Source: Bordetella parapertussis (GTDB lineage Bacteria > Pseudomonadota > Gammaproteobacteria > Burkholderiales > SG8-39). From it: a stretch of 64,000 nucleotides of DNA. A program made the position numbers and the translations under genes. Positions within the stretch are counted from its first letter, which is position 1. Every line of letters starts with the position of its first letter. Below, in pieces: positions 26,779 to 36,142 of this stretch. Below the pieces are notes generated by a model. That model was not told the origin of the DNA, did no database searches, and saw only the letters and a list, made by a program, of their open reading frames with translations. Location: NCBI GenBank assembly GCA_945862265.1, contig CAMAXP010000015.1:25384-89383 (forward strand), given 5' to 3'.

Positions 26779-26843
26779 CCTTACAATTGCAGTCCTGACG
26801 ATCCGGCCGCAGAGCCCGGACCCGTACCCCATAGGAGGAGACC

Positions 26844-27839
26844 ATGAAGACCCTGATCCGTACGACTGCGGGCGTGACCGCAGCACTCGCTACGCTTGCG
26901 CTGCTTTCCGGCCCGGCGTTTTCGCAGGCCTTTCCATCCAAGCCGATCAAGTACATCGTCCCCTTCGCCCCGGGCGGCCCGACCGACACGTTCTCGCGCG
27001 CGCTCACCGGGCGCCTCGCCGAGCAGATGGGCCAGCCGGTCGTGGTGGAAAACATTCCCGGCGCCGGCGCCGCGATCGGCATGGACCGCGTGGCCAAGTC
27101 CGCACCGGACGGCTACACCATCGGCCTTGCCACCACAGGCACGCACGCCATCAACCCGGCGCTCTACGGCCCGCGCCTATCCTACAACGCGCTGAAGGAC
27201 TTCAGCCCGCTGTCGATCGCGGTCGGCTACATCAACATCCTCGTCGTGAACCCGAACGTCCCGGTGAAGTCGGTGGGCGAACTCGTCGCCTACGCCAAGG
27301 CCAACCCGGGCAAGGTCAACTTCGGCTCCGCCGGCAACGGTTCCTCCAACCACCTCTCGGGCGAGCTGCTCAAGTCGCTGACCAGCGCGCCGATGCAGCA
27401 CATCCCCTACAAGGGCTCGGGCCCTGCGCTGGTGGACGTGATCGGCGGGCAGCTCACCTTCATGTTCGATTCGCCCTCCACGGTCGTCCCGCAGCTGCGC
27501 GGCGGCAAGATCCGCGCGTTGGCTGTCACGACGGCAAAGCGCAGCGCCCACGTGCCGGAGATCCCCACCATGGACGAGTCCGGCTTGCCCGGCTATTCGG
27601 AGGCCGGCAGCGACCTCTGGTACGGCATCGTCGGCCCGGCCGGCATCCCACGCCCCGTCGTGGACAAGCTCAACGCCGAGATCGTCAAGGCGCTGCGCTC
27701 GCCCGAGCTGGCCGAGCGCCTCAAGGTGCAGTTCCTCGACGCGTGGCCCACCACGCCGGAGGAATTCCAGAAGGTGATCGAATCCGACTATGCCAAGTGG
27801 GGCAAGATCGTCCGGGCCTCGGGCGCCAAAGTCGACTGA
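26844..27839 (+). CDS. Bug-family (TctC-like) substrate-binding protein, copy 3
   Basis: AGGAGGA ribosome-binding site, signal peptide, then FPSKPIKYIVPFAPGGPTDTFSRAL... and ...APDGYTIGLAT.... Confidence 0.9.
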   Translation: MKTLIRTTAGVTAALATLALLSGPAFSQAFPSKPIKYIVPFAPGGPTDTFSRALTGRLAEQMGQPVVVENIPGAGAAIGMDRVAKSAPDGYTIGLATTGTHAINPALYGPRLSYNALKDFSPLSIAVGYINILVVNPNVPVKSVGELVAYAKANPGKVNFGSAGNGSSNHLSGELLKSLTSAPMQHIPYKGSGPALVDVIGGQLTFMFDSPSTVVPQLRGGKIRALAVTTAKRSAHVPEIPTMDESGLPGYSEAGSDLWYGIVGPAGIPRPVVDKLNAEIVKALRSPELAERLKVQFLDAWPTTPEEFQKVIESDYAKWGKIVRASGAKVD

Positions 27840-29608
27840 TGGCCGCCAACCCGATCCACCTGCATTCGGCCGCGTCCGCGGAGCAGCCACTGCTGCCTGA
27901 CGCGCACGGCGCCAACCTCTTCTCGGCCGACCCGTCGTATCGCAGCCTGCTCGCGCTCTACCTCGAGCCGAAGCTGCTCGCCCACCTGCTGCCGCACTTC
28001 GAACGACTGGGCGCACTGGCGGGCGGACCGCTCGACGATTTCGCGCTCACCGCCGACAAGAACCCGCCGGTCCTGCACCACCGCAGGCGCAACGGCGAGA
28101 TGGCGCAGTGGATCGAGAAGCACCCGAGCTACGGCAGCCTCGAGGAGGTTGCGTTCGGCGAGTACGGTCTGGCGGCGATGTCGCATCGCGGCGGCGTGCT
28201 GGGCTGGCCCGACAAGATGCCGCCCGCGGTCAAATATGCGCTGACCTACGTCTACGTGCAGGCCGAATTCGGGGTGTGCTGCCCGCTGTCGATGACCGAC
28301 GCCGCCGCGCGCACGATCTCCAAGTTCGCGGACCCGGCGCTCGCCGCGCGCTACCTGCCGGGCCTCACCGCGCAGGACATGGATCTACTGACGCAAGGCT
28401 CGATGTTCATGACCGAACAGGGCGCGGGCTCGGATGTGGGCGCCACGCTGACGCGCGCGGTGCCCTCGGGAAAGAACTGGCTGCTCTACGGCGACAAGTG
28501 GTTCTGCTCGAATGCCGATGCGGGCGTGGCCCTCGTTCTTGCGCGCCCCGATGGCGCGCCGGCCGGCACCAAGGGCTTGTCGCTGTTCCTCCTGCCGCGG
28601 CTGCTGCCCGACGGCACGCCCAACAACTACACCATCGTCCGCCTCAAGGAAAAACTCGGCACCCGCGCGATGCCCAGCGGCGAAATCACGCTGCAGGGCG
28701 CCACCGCCTACATGGTGGGCGACCCGCAACGGGGTTTCGTGCAGATGGCGGACATGATCAACATGTCCCGGCTCTCGAACGGCATGCGCGCCGCAGGCAT
28801 GATGCGCCGCGCGCTGACCGAAGCGCTGTATATCTCCAATCATCGCAGCGCTTTCGGCAAGACCTTGATTGAACTGCCGCTCATGCGCCGCCAGCTGATG
28901 AAGCTGATGCTGCCCACCGAGGCCGCGCGCTCGGTGATGTTCTATACCGCAGCGGAACTGGCCAAGGCCGATGCCGGCGACGAGGCAGCCCGCAAACGCG
29001 TGCGCATCCTCACGCCACTCATCAAGTTCCGCGCCTGCCGCGACGTGCGGCGCGTGACCGGCGACGCGATGGAAGTACGCGGGGGCGCGGGCTACATCGA
29101 GGAATGGAGCGACGCGCGGCTGGTACGCGACGCCCACCTCGGCTCGATCTGGGAAGGCACCAGCAACATCGTCGCGCAGGACGTACTGCGCGCTGTCAAA
29201 CGCGAAGGCGCACTGGAGGCCTTGCGTCCCGTGCTCGAAGCGATGGTTGCCGGTGTAGAGAACGCCGCGCTGCGTTCGACCCTCGCCGGGGCCGTCGCCC
29301 GCGCCTGCGATTTCGCCGCTGCGACCGCCGCCTCAAACGACGCCGCCCACGCGCGCCAGGCCGCCACCGGCCTCTACTACGCCGCGGCCGCCGCGATCCT
29401 CGCATCCGAAGGCACGCAACTCGCCAGGAACGGTGACGCCCGCCGGCTGCTCCTCGCAGCGCTGGCCAACGAGCATCGCCTGCGCGCGCGCGACCCGCTC
29501 CGGGCCACGCGCGGCGCCTTCGAAGGCCTCGTCGCCGACGCGCTGCTGCCCGAAACACCTGTCGCACCGAGTACGGTCGACACCCTGCTCAACGAATTCA
29601 AACTCTGA
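27839..29608 (+). CDS. Acyl-CoA dehydrogenase family protein, AidB-like (~589 aa)
   Basis: The ATG overlaps the Bug stop (TGATG). Contains ...MTEQGAGSDVGA..., ...YGDKWFCSNADA... and ...MEVRGGAGYIEEWSDARLVRDAHLGSIWEGTSNI.... The 1023-aa track ORF is an artefactual upstream extension. Confidence 0.85.
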   Translation: MAANPIHLHSAASAEQPLLPDAHGANLFSADPSYRSLLALYLEPKLLAHLLPHFERLGALAGGPLDDFALTADKNPPVLHHRRRNGEMAQWIEKHPSYGSLEEVAFGEYGLAAMSHRGGVLGWPDKMPPAVKYALTYVYVQAEFGVCCPLSMTDAAARTISKFADPALAARYLPGLTAQDMDLLTQGSMFMTEQGAGSDVGATLTRAVPSGKNWLLYGDKWFCSNADAGVALVLARPDGAPAGTKGLSLFLLPRLLPDGTPNNYTIVRLKEKLGTRAMPSGEITLQGATAYMVGDPQRGFVQMADMINMSRLSNGMRAAGMMRRALTEALYISNHRSAFGKTLIELPLMRRQLMKLMLPTEAARSVMFYTAAELAKADAGDEAARKRVRILTPLIKFRACRDVRRVTGDAMEVRGGAGYIEEWSDARLVRDAHLGSIWEGTSNIVAQDVLRAVKREGALEALRPVLEAMVAGVENAALRSTLAGAVARACDFAAATAASNDAAHARQAATGLYYAAAAAILASEGTQLARNGDARRLLLAALANEHRLRARDPLRATRGAFEGLVADALLPETPVAPSTVDTLLNEFKL

Positions 29609-29619
29609 AACCAAAGAAG

Positions 29620-30843
29620 ATGCCTGGCCCACTTTCGCATATCCGCGTACTCGACCTTTCCCGCGTGCTGGCCGGCCCCTGGGCCGCGCAGAACCTCGCC
29701 GACCTCGGCGCCGAAGTCATCAAGGTGGAGCGCCCCGGAACGGGCGACGACACACGTGCCTGGGGCCCGCCCTACATCAAGGATGCCCACGGCAACGACA
29801 CGCCCGAGGCCGCCTACTACTCCTCGGTGAACCGCAACAAGAAGTCCGTGACCCTCGACATCGGCAAACCCGAAGGCCAGGCCATCATCCGCGAGCTCGC
29901 CGCCAAGTGCGACGTGCTGATCGAGAACTACAAGCTCGGCACGCTGAAGCGCTACGGCCTGGGGTACGAAGACCTGAAGGCAACCAATCCGCGCCTGATC
30001 TACTGCTCGGTCACCGGCTTCGGCCAGGACGGCCCCTATGCGCCGCGCCCCGGCTACGACTTCATCTTCCAGGGCATGGGCGGGCTGATGAGCATCACGG
30101 GCGAGCGCGACGGCGAGGTCGGCGCGGGCCCGATGAAGGTCGGCATCGCGATCACCGATGTGCTGACCGGCATGTACGCGAGCCTCGCGATCAGCGCGGC
30201 GATCACGCATGTGGAGCGCACGGGACAAGGCCAGTACATCGACACCGCACTGCTCGACACGCTGGTGGCCTTCAACGCCAACCAGGTGGTGTCCTACCTC
30301 GCCTCCGGCGTGATTCCGCAGCGCTGGGGCAACGCGCACCCGCAGGTGGTGCCGTACGAAGTCTTCGCGACCTCGGACGGCCACCTGATCCTCGCAGTAG
30401 GCAACGACGGCCAGCACGCGCGCTTCTGGAAAGTCGCGGGCCGCCCCGAGATCGCAGAGGATCCCCTGTTCAAGACCAACTCGCTGCGCATCATCAACCG
30501 CAAGGCGCTGATCCCGCTGATCGCCGAGGTCATGAAGACGCGTACGAAGAATGAATGGCTCGAACTGCTCGAGTCCGCGACCGTCCCCTGCGGCCCGATC
30601 AATAACATGAAGGAAGTCTTCGAGGATCCGCAGGTACAGCATCGCAAGCTCCGCGTCGACATGCCGCATGCGCTTGGTGGCATCGCACCTGTCGTGGCGA
30701 GCCCGATGCGCTTTTCGGAGACGCCGGTCGAGTACCGCATCGCCCCGCCGCTGCTCGGGTCCTTCAACGAGGAGGTCTACCAGGGCCTGCTCGGCAAGAC
30801 CGCGGCGGAAATGGAAAAGCTCAAAGCCGCAGGCATCGTATGA
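29620..30843 (+). CDS. Family III CoA-transferase (CaiB/BaiF family), copy 1
   Basis: Contains GPLSHIRVLDLSRVLAGPWAAQNLADLGAEVIKVERPGTGDDTR... and ...YDFIFQGMGGLMSITG.... Confidence 0.9.
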   Translation: MPGPLSHIRVLDLSRVLAGPWAAQNLADLGAEVIKVERPGTGDDTRAWGPPYIKDAHGNDTPEAAYYSSVNRNKKSVTLDIGKPEGQAIIRELAAKCDVLIENYKLGTLKRYGLGYEDLKATNPRLIYCSVTGFGQDGPYAPRPGYDFIFQGMGGLMSITGERDGEVGAGPMKVGIAITDVLTGMYASLAISAAITHVERTGQGQYIDTALLDTLVAFNANQVVSYLASGVIPQRWGNAHPQVVPYEVFATSDGHLILAVGNDGQHARFWKVAGRPEIAEDPLFKTNSLRIINRKALIPLIAEVMKTRTKNEWLELLESATVPCGPINNMKEVFEDPQVQHRKLRVDMPHALGGIAPVVASPMRFSETPVEYRIAPPLLGSFNEEVYQGLLGKTAAEMEKLKAAGIV

Positions 30844-32015
30844 CGGATTCGCTCCCCTACGCGGGCCTTCGCGTCCTCGACATTTCCCAGGGCCTCGCGG
30901 GCCCCTACTGCGCGGGACTGCTCGGCGCGCAGGGCGCCGAGGTCACCAAGATCGAACCACCTTCGGGCGACTGGATCCGCAACGCAGGTGGCGGCAAGGA
31001 AGGCATGACTTCGCTCGCCATCATGGGCAGCGCGGGCAAGCGCTCCGCCTGCATCGACGCCACCAAGCCCGAAGGCCGCGCGTTGATCCTGAAGATGGCG
31101 CGGCAGGCCGACGTGTTCGTGCAGAACTTCCGTCCGGGCGTGATCGAGCGCCTCGGGTTCGCCTACGATGTGCTGTCGAAGGACAACCCCAAGCTCGTCT
31201 ACGTGTCGATCACGGGCTTTGGCGGCAGCGGCCCGGATGCGAAGAAGCCCGCCACCGACTCCGTGCTGCAGGCCTTCACCGGCATTGCGCGCATCAACCG
31301 GGACGCCGACGGGACGCCGCGGCGCATCCCCTTCCTCGTGCCAGACACGGTCACCGGCGTCTACGCTGCGCAGGCCACCGGCGCGGCGCTGTTTGCGGCC
31401 GCGCGCACCGGTCGCGGCCGGCACGTGCAGGTTTCGCTGATGGACGCATGCGCCGCGCTGCAGAGCGCGCCCATCCTCGACGCCGCACTTAGCGACGGCA
31501 CGCCGCCGCTTCCGCCGACGATCCCGGCCGGGATCTTCAGGACGACGGACGGCTACATCACCGTCACCAGCATGAACGAGACCATGTTCACCTCGCTCCT
31601 CAAGGTGCTCGACATCGAGTTCCTCGCCACCGACCCTCGCGTGGCGCAGATGGCGGAGCGGCAGAAGAACGGGCCGCTCGTGAACCTCGAGGTCTCCAAG
31701 CGGCTCGCCACCGGGACCACGGCGCACTGGATAAAGGTGCTGGCCGAGGCCGACGTGCTCTGCGCCGAGGCGCAGGACTACGCCGGCTTTCGCGCTTCGC
31801 CGCAGGCCGTGCACATGGGGACGTTTCTCTCCGTGGACCAGCCGCCGTACGGCCCCGTGCCGCTGCCGCGCATGCCCGGCGGCCTCAGCGACTGGCCGAT
31901 GGGGCCTGCGCCACGCGCAGGTGAGCACACCTTCGAGATCCTGGCAGAGGCTGGGGTGTCCGAGGCTGAGTGCCAGGCGCTCGCCGCGGCGGGTGTAGTC
32001 AGGCAGGCCCAATAG
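30840..32015 (+). CDS. Family III CoA-transferase (CaiB/BaiF family), copy 2
   Basis: Contains LPYAGLRVLDISQGLAGPYCAGLLGAQGAEVTKIEPPSGDWIR.... ATGA overlap with copy 1. Confidence 0.9.
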   Translation: MTDSLPYAGLRVLDISQGLAGPYCAGLLGAQGAEVTKIEPPSGDWIRNAGGGKEGMTSLAIMGSAGKRSACIDATKPEGRALILKMARQADVFVQNFRPGVIERLGFAYDVLSKDNPKLVYVSITGFGGSGPDAKKPATDSVLQAFTGIARINRDADGTPRRIPFLVPDTVTGVYAAQATGAALFAAARTGRGRHVQVSLMDACAALQSAPILDAALSDGTPPLPPTIPAGIFRTTDGYITVTSMNETMFTSLLKVLDIEFLATDPRVAQMAERQKNGPLVNLEVSKRLATGTTAHWIKVLAEADVLCAEAQDYAGFRASPQAVHMGTFLSVDQPPYGPVPLPRMPGGLSDWPMGPAPRAGEHTFEILAEAGVSEAECQALAAAGVVRQAQ

Positions 32016-32017
32016 AG

Positions 32018-33022
32018 ATGCGTGCACTGGTCTGCAAGGCGTTCGGCGATTACCACTCCGCGGTCACGGTGGAAGACATCCCCGCACCGGCGCTGCCAGC
32101 ACGCGGCGTGCGCGTGGCGGTGGACTATGCCTCCGTGTCGTTTGCGATGAGCCTGTGGATCGCGGGCAAGTACCAGCGCAAACCCCCGCTCCCCTTCACG
32201 CCCGGCACCGAAGTCACCGGCACCGTGCTCGAAACCGCGCCCGGCGTCACGGCGTGCAAGGCCGGCGACCGCGTGCTCGCGCTGCTCGACTGGGGCGGGT
32301 TCGCCGAAGAGGCCTGCGCGACCGAGCACACCGTCTACAAGCTGCCGGATGACATCGACACCGGCAGCGCGCTGCACCTCGGCATTTCCTATGGCACGGC
32401 CTACGGCGGTCTCGTCTGGCGCGCCAGCGTGCAACCGGGCGAGACGCTGCTGGTGCTGGGCGCCTCCGGGGCGGTGGGCCTTGCGGCGGTGGAACTGGGC
32501 AAGGCGCTCGGCGCGCGCGTGATCGGTGCCGCAGGCGGCCCGGCCAAGTGCGCCCAGGCCAGGGCCCACGGCGCGGATGTGACGATCGACTATTCGCAAG
32601 AAGACCTGCGCGAAGCAGTGCGCGCCGCCACCCAGGGCCGCGGCGTGGAGTGCGTGTTCGACCCGGTGGGCGGCGAGCACTTCGACGCGGCGCTGCGCTC
32701 GCTTGCGCTCGAGGGGCGGCTGGTGTCGATCGGGTTCGCCTCCGGCACCATCCCGCAGATCCCCGCCAACGTGCTGCTCGTCAAGAGCATCTCGGTGCTG
32801 GGATTCAATTTCGGCACCTACGTGGGCTGGTCGCCCGGCGACGGGCGCGAACTGCACGAGCCGCGCGTGCGCGCCGCTTACCGGAAGATCTTCACCTGGG
32901 CCTCCATCGGGCGGCTGTCGCCCGTGCTGGCCGAGACCTTCCCGCTCGAGCGCTATGTCGAAGCCCAGGACGCGGTGATGTCGCGCCGCGCGCTGGGCAA
33001 GGTCGCCCTGAAACTGCGGTAA
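32018..33022 (+). CDS. NADPH:quinone oxidoreductase-like MDR family protein
   Basis: Internal ATG 32018 (MRALVCKAFGD...). Contains ...GETLLVLGASGAVGLAAVELGKALGARVIG... and ...ALGKVALK. Confidence 0.9.
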   Translation: MRALVCKAFGDYHSAVTVEDIPAPALPARGVRVAVDYASVSFAMSLWIAGKYQRKPPLPFTPGTEVTGTVLETAPGVTACKAGDRVLALLDWGGFAEEACATEHTVYKLPDDIDTGSALHLGISYGTAYGGLVWRASVQPGETLLVLGASGAVGLAAVELGKALGARVIGAAGGPAKCAQARAHGADVTIDYSQEDLREAVRAATQGRGVECVFDPVGGEHFDAALRSLALEGRLVSIGFASGTIPQIPANVLLVKSISVLGFNFGTYVGWSPGDGRELHEPRVRAAYRKIFTWASIGRLSPVLAETFPLERYVEAQDAVMSRRALGKVALKLR

Positions 33023-33036
33023 CGGAGGAAGTCCCC

Positions 33037-33993
33037 ATGCGCCTGCTGCTGGTCCTGCTTATATCGACTCTGACCCCGAATTTTGCGTGGGCCCAATCGT
33101 GGCCGCAGAAACCGATAAGGATGGTGATTCCCTACCCGCCCGGCGGCCCCACCGGCGTGATGGGGCGGCTGGTCGCCACCAAGCTGCCGGAACTCCTCGG
33201 CCAGCCGGTGATCGTCGACAACAAGCCCGGCGCGAGCGGCCAGATGGGCGCGGCGGAGGTGGCCAAGGCTGCTCCCGACGGCTACACCTTCCTCACCAAC
33301 GCCTCGATCCACGTGATCAACCCGCACGTGTACTCCAAGCCTATGGTCGACCCGATCCGCGAGTTCACGCCGGTCGCGCTGATCGGCGTGGTGCCGCTGG
33401 TGATGGTGGTACCGCCCATGCAGCCTGCGAAGGATGTCAAAGAGTTCATCGCCTGGGCGAAGGCCAACCCCGGCAAGGTGAACTTCGCCTCGGCCAGCTC
33501 CGCCTCCGCGCAGCACCTCGCCGGCGAGCACTTCAAGCAGGTCACCGGCATCGACATGCAGCACGTGCCCTACAACGGCAGCGGCCCGGCGCTTGCGGAC
33601 CTCGTTGGTGGCCACGTGCAGCTGATGTTCGACTCGCTGCCCTCGTCGATGAGCTTCATCCGCAGCGGCAAGCTGAAGGCGCTGGGCGCCTCCAGCACCA
33701 AGAGGCTCGCGGTGCTGCCCGACGTCCCCACGCTGATCGAGGCCGGCGTGCCCGACTTCGACCTCACGACCTGGTATGGCGTCTGGGCGCCGGTCGGCAC
33801 GCCGAAGGACATCGTTGCGCGCATGAACGCCGAGATCGTCCGCCTTGTGGTGATGCCCGACATGAAGGAAAAACTCGCCGGCCTGGGCGTGGAAGCTTCA
33901 GCATTCACGCCGGAGCAGTTCGCCGCCTTCAACCGCACCGAATACGAACGCTGGGGCCGCATCGTGCGCGCCGCGAACATCAAGCTCGACTGA
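33037..33993 (+). CDS. Bug-family (TctC-like) substrate-binding protein, copy 4
   Basis: Signal peptide MRLLLVLLISTLTPNFAWA, then WPQKPIRMVIPYPPGGPTGVMGRL... and ...APDGYTFLTN.... Confidence 0.9.
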   Translation: MRLLLVLLISTLTPNFAWAQSWPQKPIRMVIPYPPGGPTGVMGRLVATKLPELLGQPVIVDNKPGASGQMGAAEVAKAAPDGYTFLTNASIHVINPHVYSKPMVDPIREFTPVALIGVVPLVMVVPPMQPAKDVKEFIAWAKANPGKVNFASASSASAQHLAGEHFKQVTGIDMQHVPYNGSGPALADLVGGHVQLMFDSLPSSMSFIRSGKLKALGASSTKRLAVLPDVPTLIEAGVPDFDLTTWYGVWAPVGTPKDIVARMNAEIVRLVVMPDMKEKLAGLGVEASAFTPEQFAAFNRTEYERWGRIVRAANIKLD

Positions 33994-34010
33994 ACCCGCC
34001 TCTTCGCTGA

Positions 34011-34976
34011 ATGGACCGCGTCCTCGTCACCGACCCGATCGACCCTGCCGGCATCGCGCTGCTGGAAAAGTCAGCTGAAGTCGTCCGCCCACCGGACACC
34101 CGCGTGGAGACCTTGCGCGCGCTGAGCCGCGAGGTCGACGCGCTGCTGATCCGCAGCAAGCTGCCCGACGACCTCTTCGACACCGCGCCGCGCATCCGTG
34201 CGGTCTGCGTGCACGGTTCGGGCACGGACCTCGTCAACCTTGCTGCCGCGAGCGAACGCGGCGTAATGGTGGCCAACGTCCCCGGCGGCAACGCGCAGTC
34301 CGTGGCGGAGTACTGCCTGATGGCGATCCTGCTGCTCGCGCGCAACTTCCGTTCCATCGACCGATCGCTGCGCAGCGAAGCCTGGGACACCGCCCGCGCC
34401 GAAGACAAGGCCGCGCTGGAGCTCGACCGCAAGACGCTCGGCATCGTCGGCGTCGGCCACATCGGCAAGCGCCTCGCGAAGATGTGCGGCCAGGGCCTCG
34501 ACATGCGCGTGCTCGGCCACCAGCGCCGGCTCGACGCGCTGCCGGCCGGCGTCGAAGGCGTGCCGCTCGAGAAGCTCCTGGCCGAATCCGACTTCGTCGT
34601 GCTGACCTGCCCGCTGACGCCGCAGACGCGCCACCTGATGAACGCCACGCGCCTCGCGATGATGAAGAAGACCGCATTCCTAGTGAACGTCGGCCGCGGT
34701 CCCGTGATCGATGAGGCGGCGCTGGTCGCAGCGCTGCAGGCCAACGTCATCGCCGGTGCAATGCTCGACGTCTATGAGCACTACCGGCTCGAGCCCGGGC
34801 ATCCGCTGTTATCGCTACCAAATGCGACTCTGACCCCACATCTTGCAGGCTCCACGCGCGAAGCGCGCGCCCGCGTGAGTTGCTTCGCGGCCCAAGAGGT
34901 GCTGCGCATGCTGTCGGGACAGTACCCCAGAAACCTAGTCAATCCGGAGAGGAAACCATGGCATCCAAAGACCTGA
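34011..34976 (+). CDS. D-isomer-specific 2-hydroxyacid dehydrogenase family protein
   Basis: Contains ...LGIVGVGHIGKRLAKM... (NAD-binding site), ...FVVLTCPLTPQTRHLMN..., ...FLVNVGRGPVIDEAAL... and ...LTPHLAGST.... Confidence 0.9.
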   Translation: MDRVLVTDPIDPAGIALLEKSAEVVRPPDTRVETLRALSREVDALLIRSKLPDDLFDTAPRIRAVCVHGSGTDLVNLAAASERGVMVANVPGGNAQSVAEYCLMAILLLARNFRSIDRSLRSEAWDTARAEDKAALELDRKTLGIVGVGHIGKRLAKMCGQGLDMRVLGHQRRLDALPAGVEGVPLEKLLAESDFVVLTCPLTPQTRHLMNATRLAMMKKTAFLVNVGRGPVIDEAALVAALQANVIAGAMLDVYEHYRLEPGHPLLSLPNATLTPHLAGSTREARARVSCFAAQEVLRMLSGQYPRNLVNPERKPWHPKT

Positions 34977-36112
34977 AGATCGTAGACATCAAGGCGTACC
35001 CCACGTCCTTCCCCGTCCCCAAGAGCGCGCAGGTCACACTCGGCATCGGCACCGCCATCAAGCGCGACGCAGTAGTGGTCAAGGTGACGACTGCGGGCGG
35101 CCTGGTAGGCTGGGGCGAGTCGCACCACGGCCGCGCACACACTGCGGTGGCAAAGCTGATCGAGACCACGCTGAAGCGGCTGGTGGTGGGCATGGACGCC
35201 TCCGACGTCGTTGGTGTTTGGGGCAAGATCTACAAGATGCAGCTCGGCAGCCACGGCATGGGTGCCGGATGTTGCCTTGCGATGAGCGGCATCGACTGCG
35301 CGCTGTGGGACATCCGCGGCCAGGCGGCCGGCATGCCGATCTACAAATTGATCGGTGGCGCCTATCGCGGCATCCCCGCCTACGCGGGCGGCGTGTCGCT
35401 CGGCTACCAGCCCCCGCAGGAGCTGATCGCCGAACTGAAGCCCCACCTCAAGGCCGGCTACAAGGCGGTCAAGCTGCGCATCGGCGACAACCCGAAGAAC
35501 GACCTGATGCGCATCCGCGCCGTGCGCAAGGCCATCGGCGACGACATCGCGATCCTGACCGACGCCAACACCGGCTACACGGTGAACGACGCGCGCGCCG
35601 TGATGCCCGCGATGGAAGACCTGAACGTGGCCTGGCTGGAGGAGCCTTTCCCCGCGCACGACTACGCGAGCTATGCCCTTGCTGCCACGTTCTCCAGCAC
35701 GCCGCTCGCGGCCGGCGAGAACCACTACACCCGCTTCGAGTTCAACCGCGTGATCGAGGACGGCTCGATCACCGTGCTGCAGCCCGACCTCTCCAAGACC
35801 GGCGGCCTCACCGAGGCGCTACGCATCGCGCACATGGCTTCGGCCTACAAGCTGTCGATCAACCCGCACAGCTCGATGACCGGCATGAACCACGCGATCA
35901 GCATCCACTTCCTCGCCGGGATCGACAACGGCGGCTACTTCGAGGGCGATGTGTCCAAGGCCAACAAGTTCCGCGACGAGCTCTGCTCCACGCCCTACAA
36001 GGTGGACAAGGACGGCAAGGTCTGGCCGCTGGACAAACCGGGCCTCGGGCTCGAGGTGGACGAGAAGTTCCTGATCAAGCACCCGCCGATCGAAGGGCCG
36101 GGTTACGTCTAG
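34967..36112 (+). CDS. Enolase-superfamily enzyme (mandelate racemase/muconate-lactonizing enzyme family)
   Basis: ATG 34967 follows GGAGAGGAAACC. Contains ...VGWGES..., ...KLRIG..., ...ILTDANTGY..., ...WLEEP..., ...AAGEN... and ...VLQPDLSKTGG... (metal and catalytic motif positions). It overlaps the upstream gene by 10 nt. Confidence 0.9.
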   Translation, partial: KDLKIVDIKAYPTSFPVPKSAQVTLGIGTAIKRDAVVVKVTTAGGLVGWGESHHGRAHTAVAKLIETTLKRLVVGMDASDVVGVWGKIYKMQLGSHGMGAGCCLAMSGIDCALWDIRGQAAGMPIYKLIGGAYRGIPAYAGGVSLGYQPPQELIAELKPHLKAGYKAVKLRIGDNPKNDLMRIRAVRKAIGDDIAILTDANTGYTVNDARAVMPAMEDLNVAWLEEPFPAHDYASYALAATFSSTPLAAGENHYTRFEFNRVIEDGSITVLQPDLSKTGGLTEALRIAHMASAYKLSINPHSSMTGMNHAISIHFLAGIDNGGYFEGDVSKANKFRDELCSTPYKVDKDGKVWPLDKPGLGLEVDEKFLIKHPPIEGPGYV

Positions 36113-36142
36113 AATGACCCCATAAATACGAGAGGAGACATC

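Noticed and set aside
26537-29608. A 1023-aa ORF that could be read as a giant fusion protein.
   Set aside because: Its first ~434 codons overlap the Bug gene (26844-27839) in another frame and are Arg/Pro-rich nonsense. A clean ATG at 27839 overlaps the Bug stop (TGATG) and gives a normal-length AidB-like dehydrogenase.
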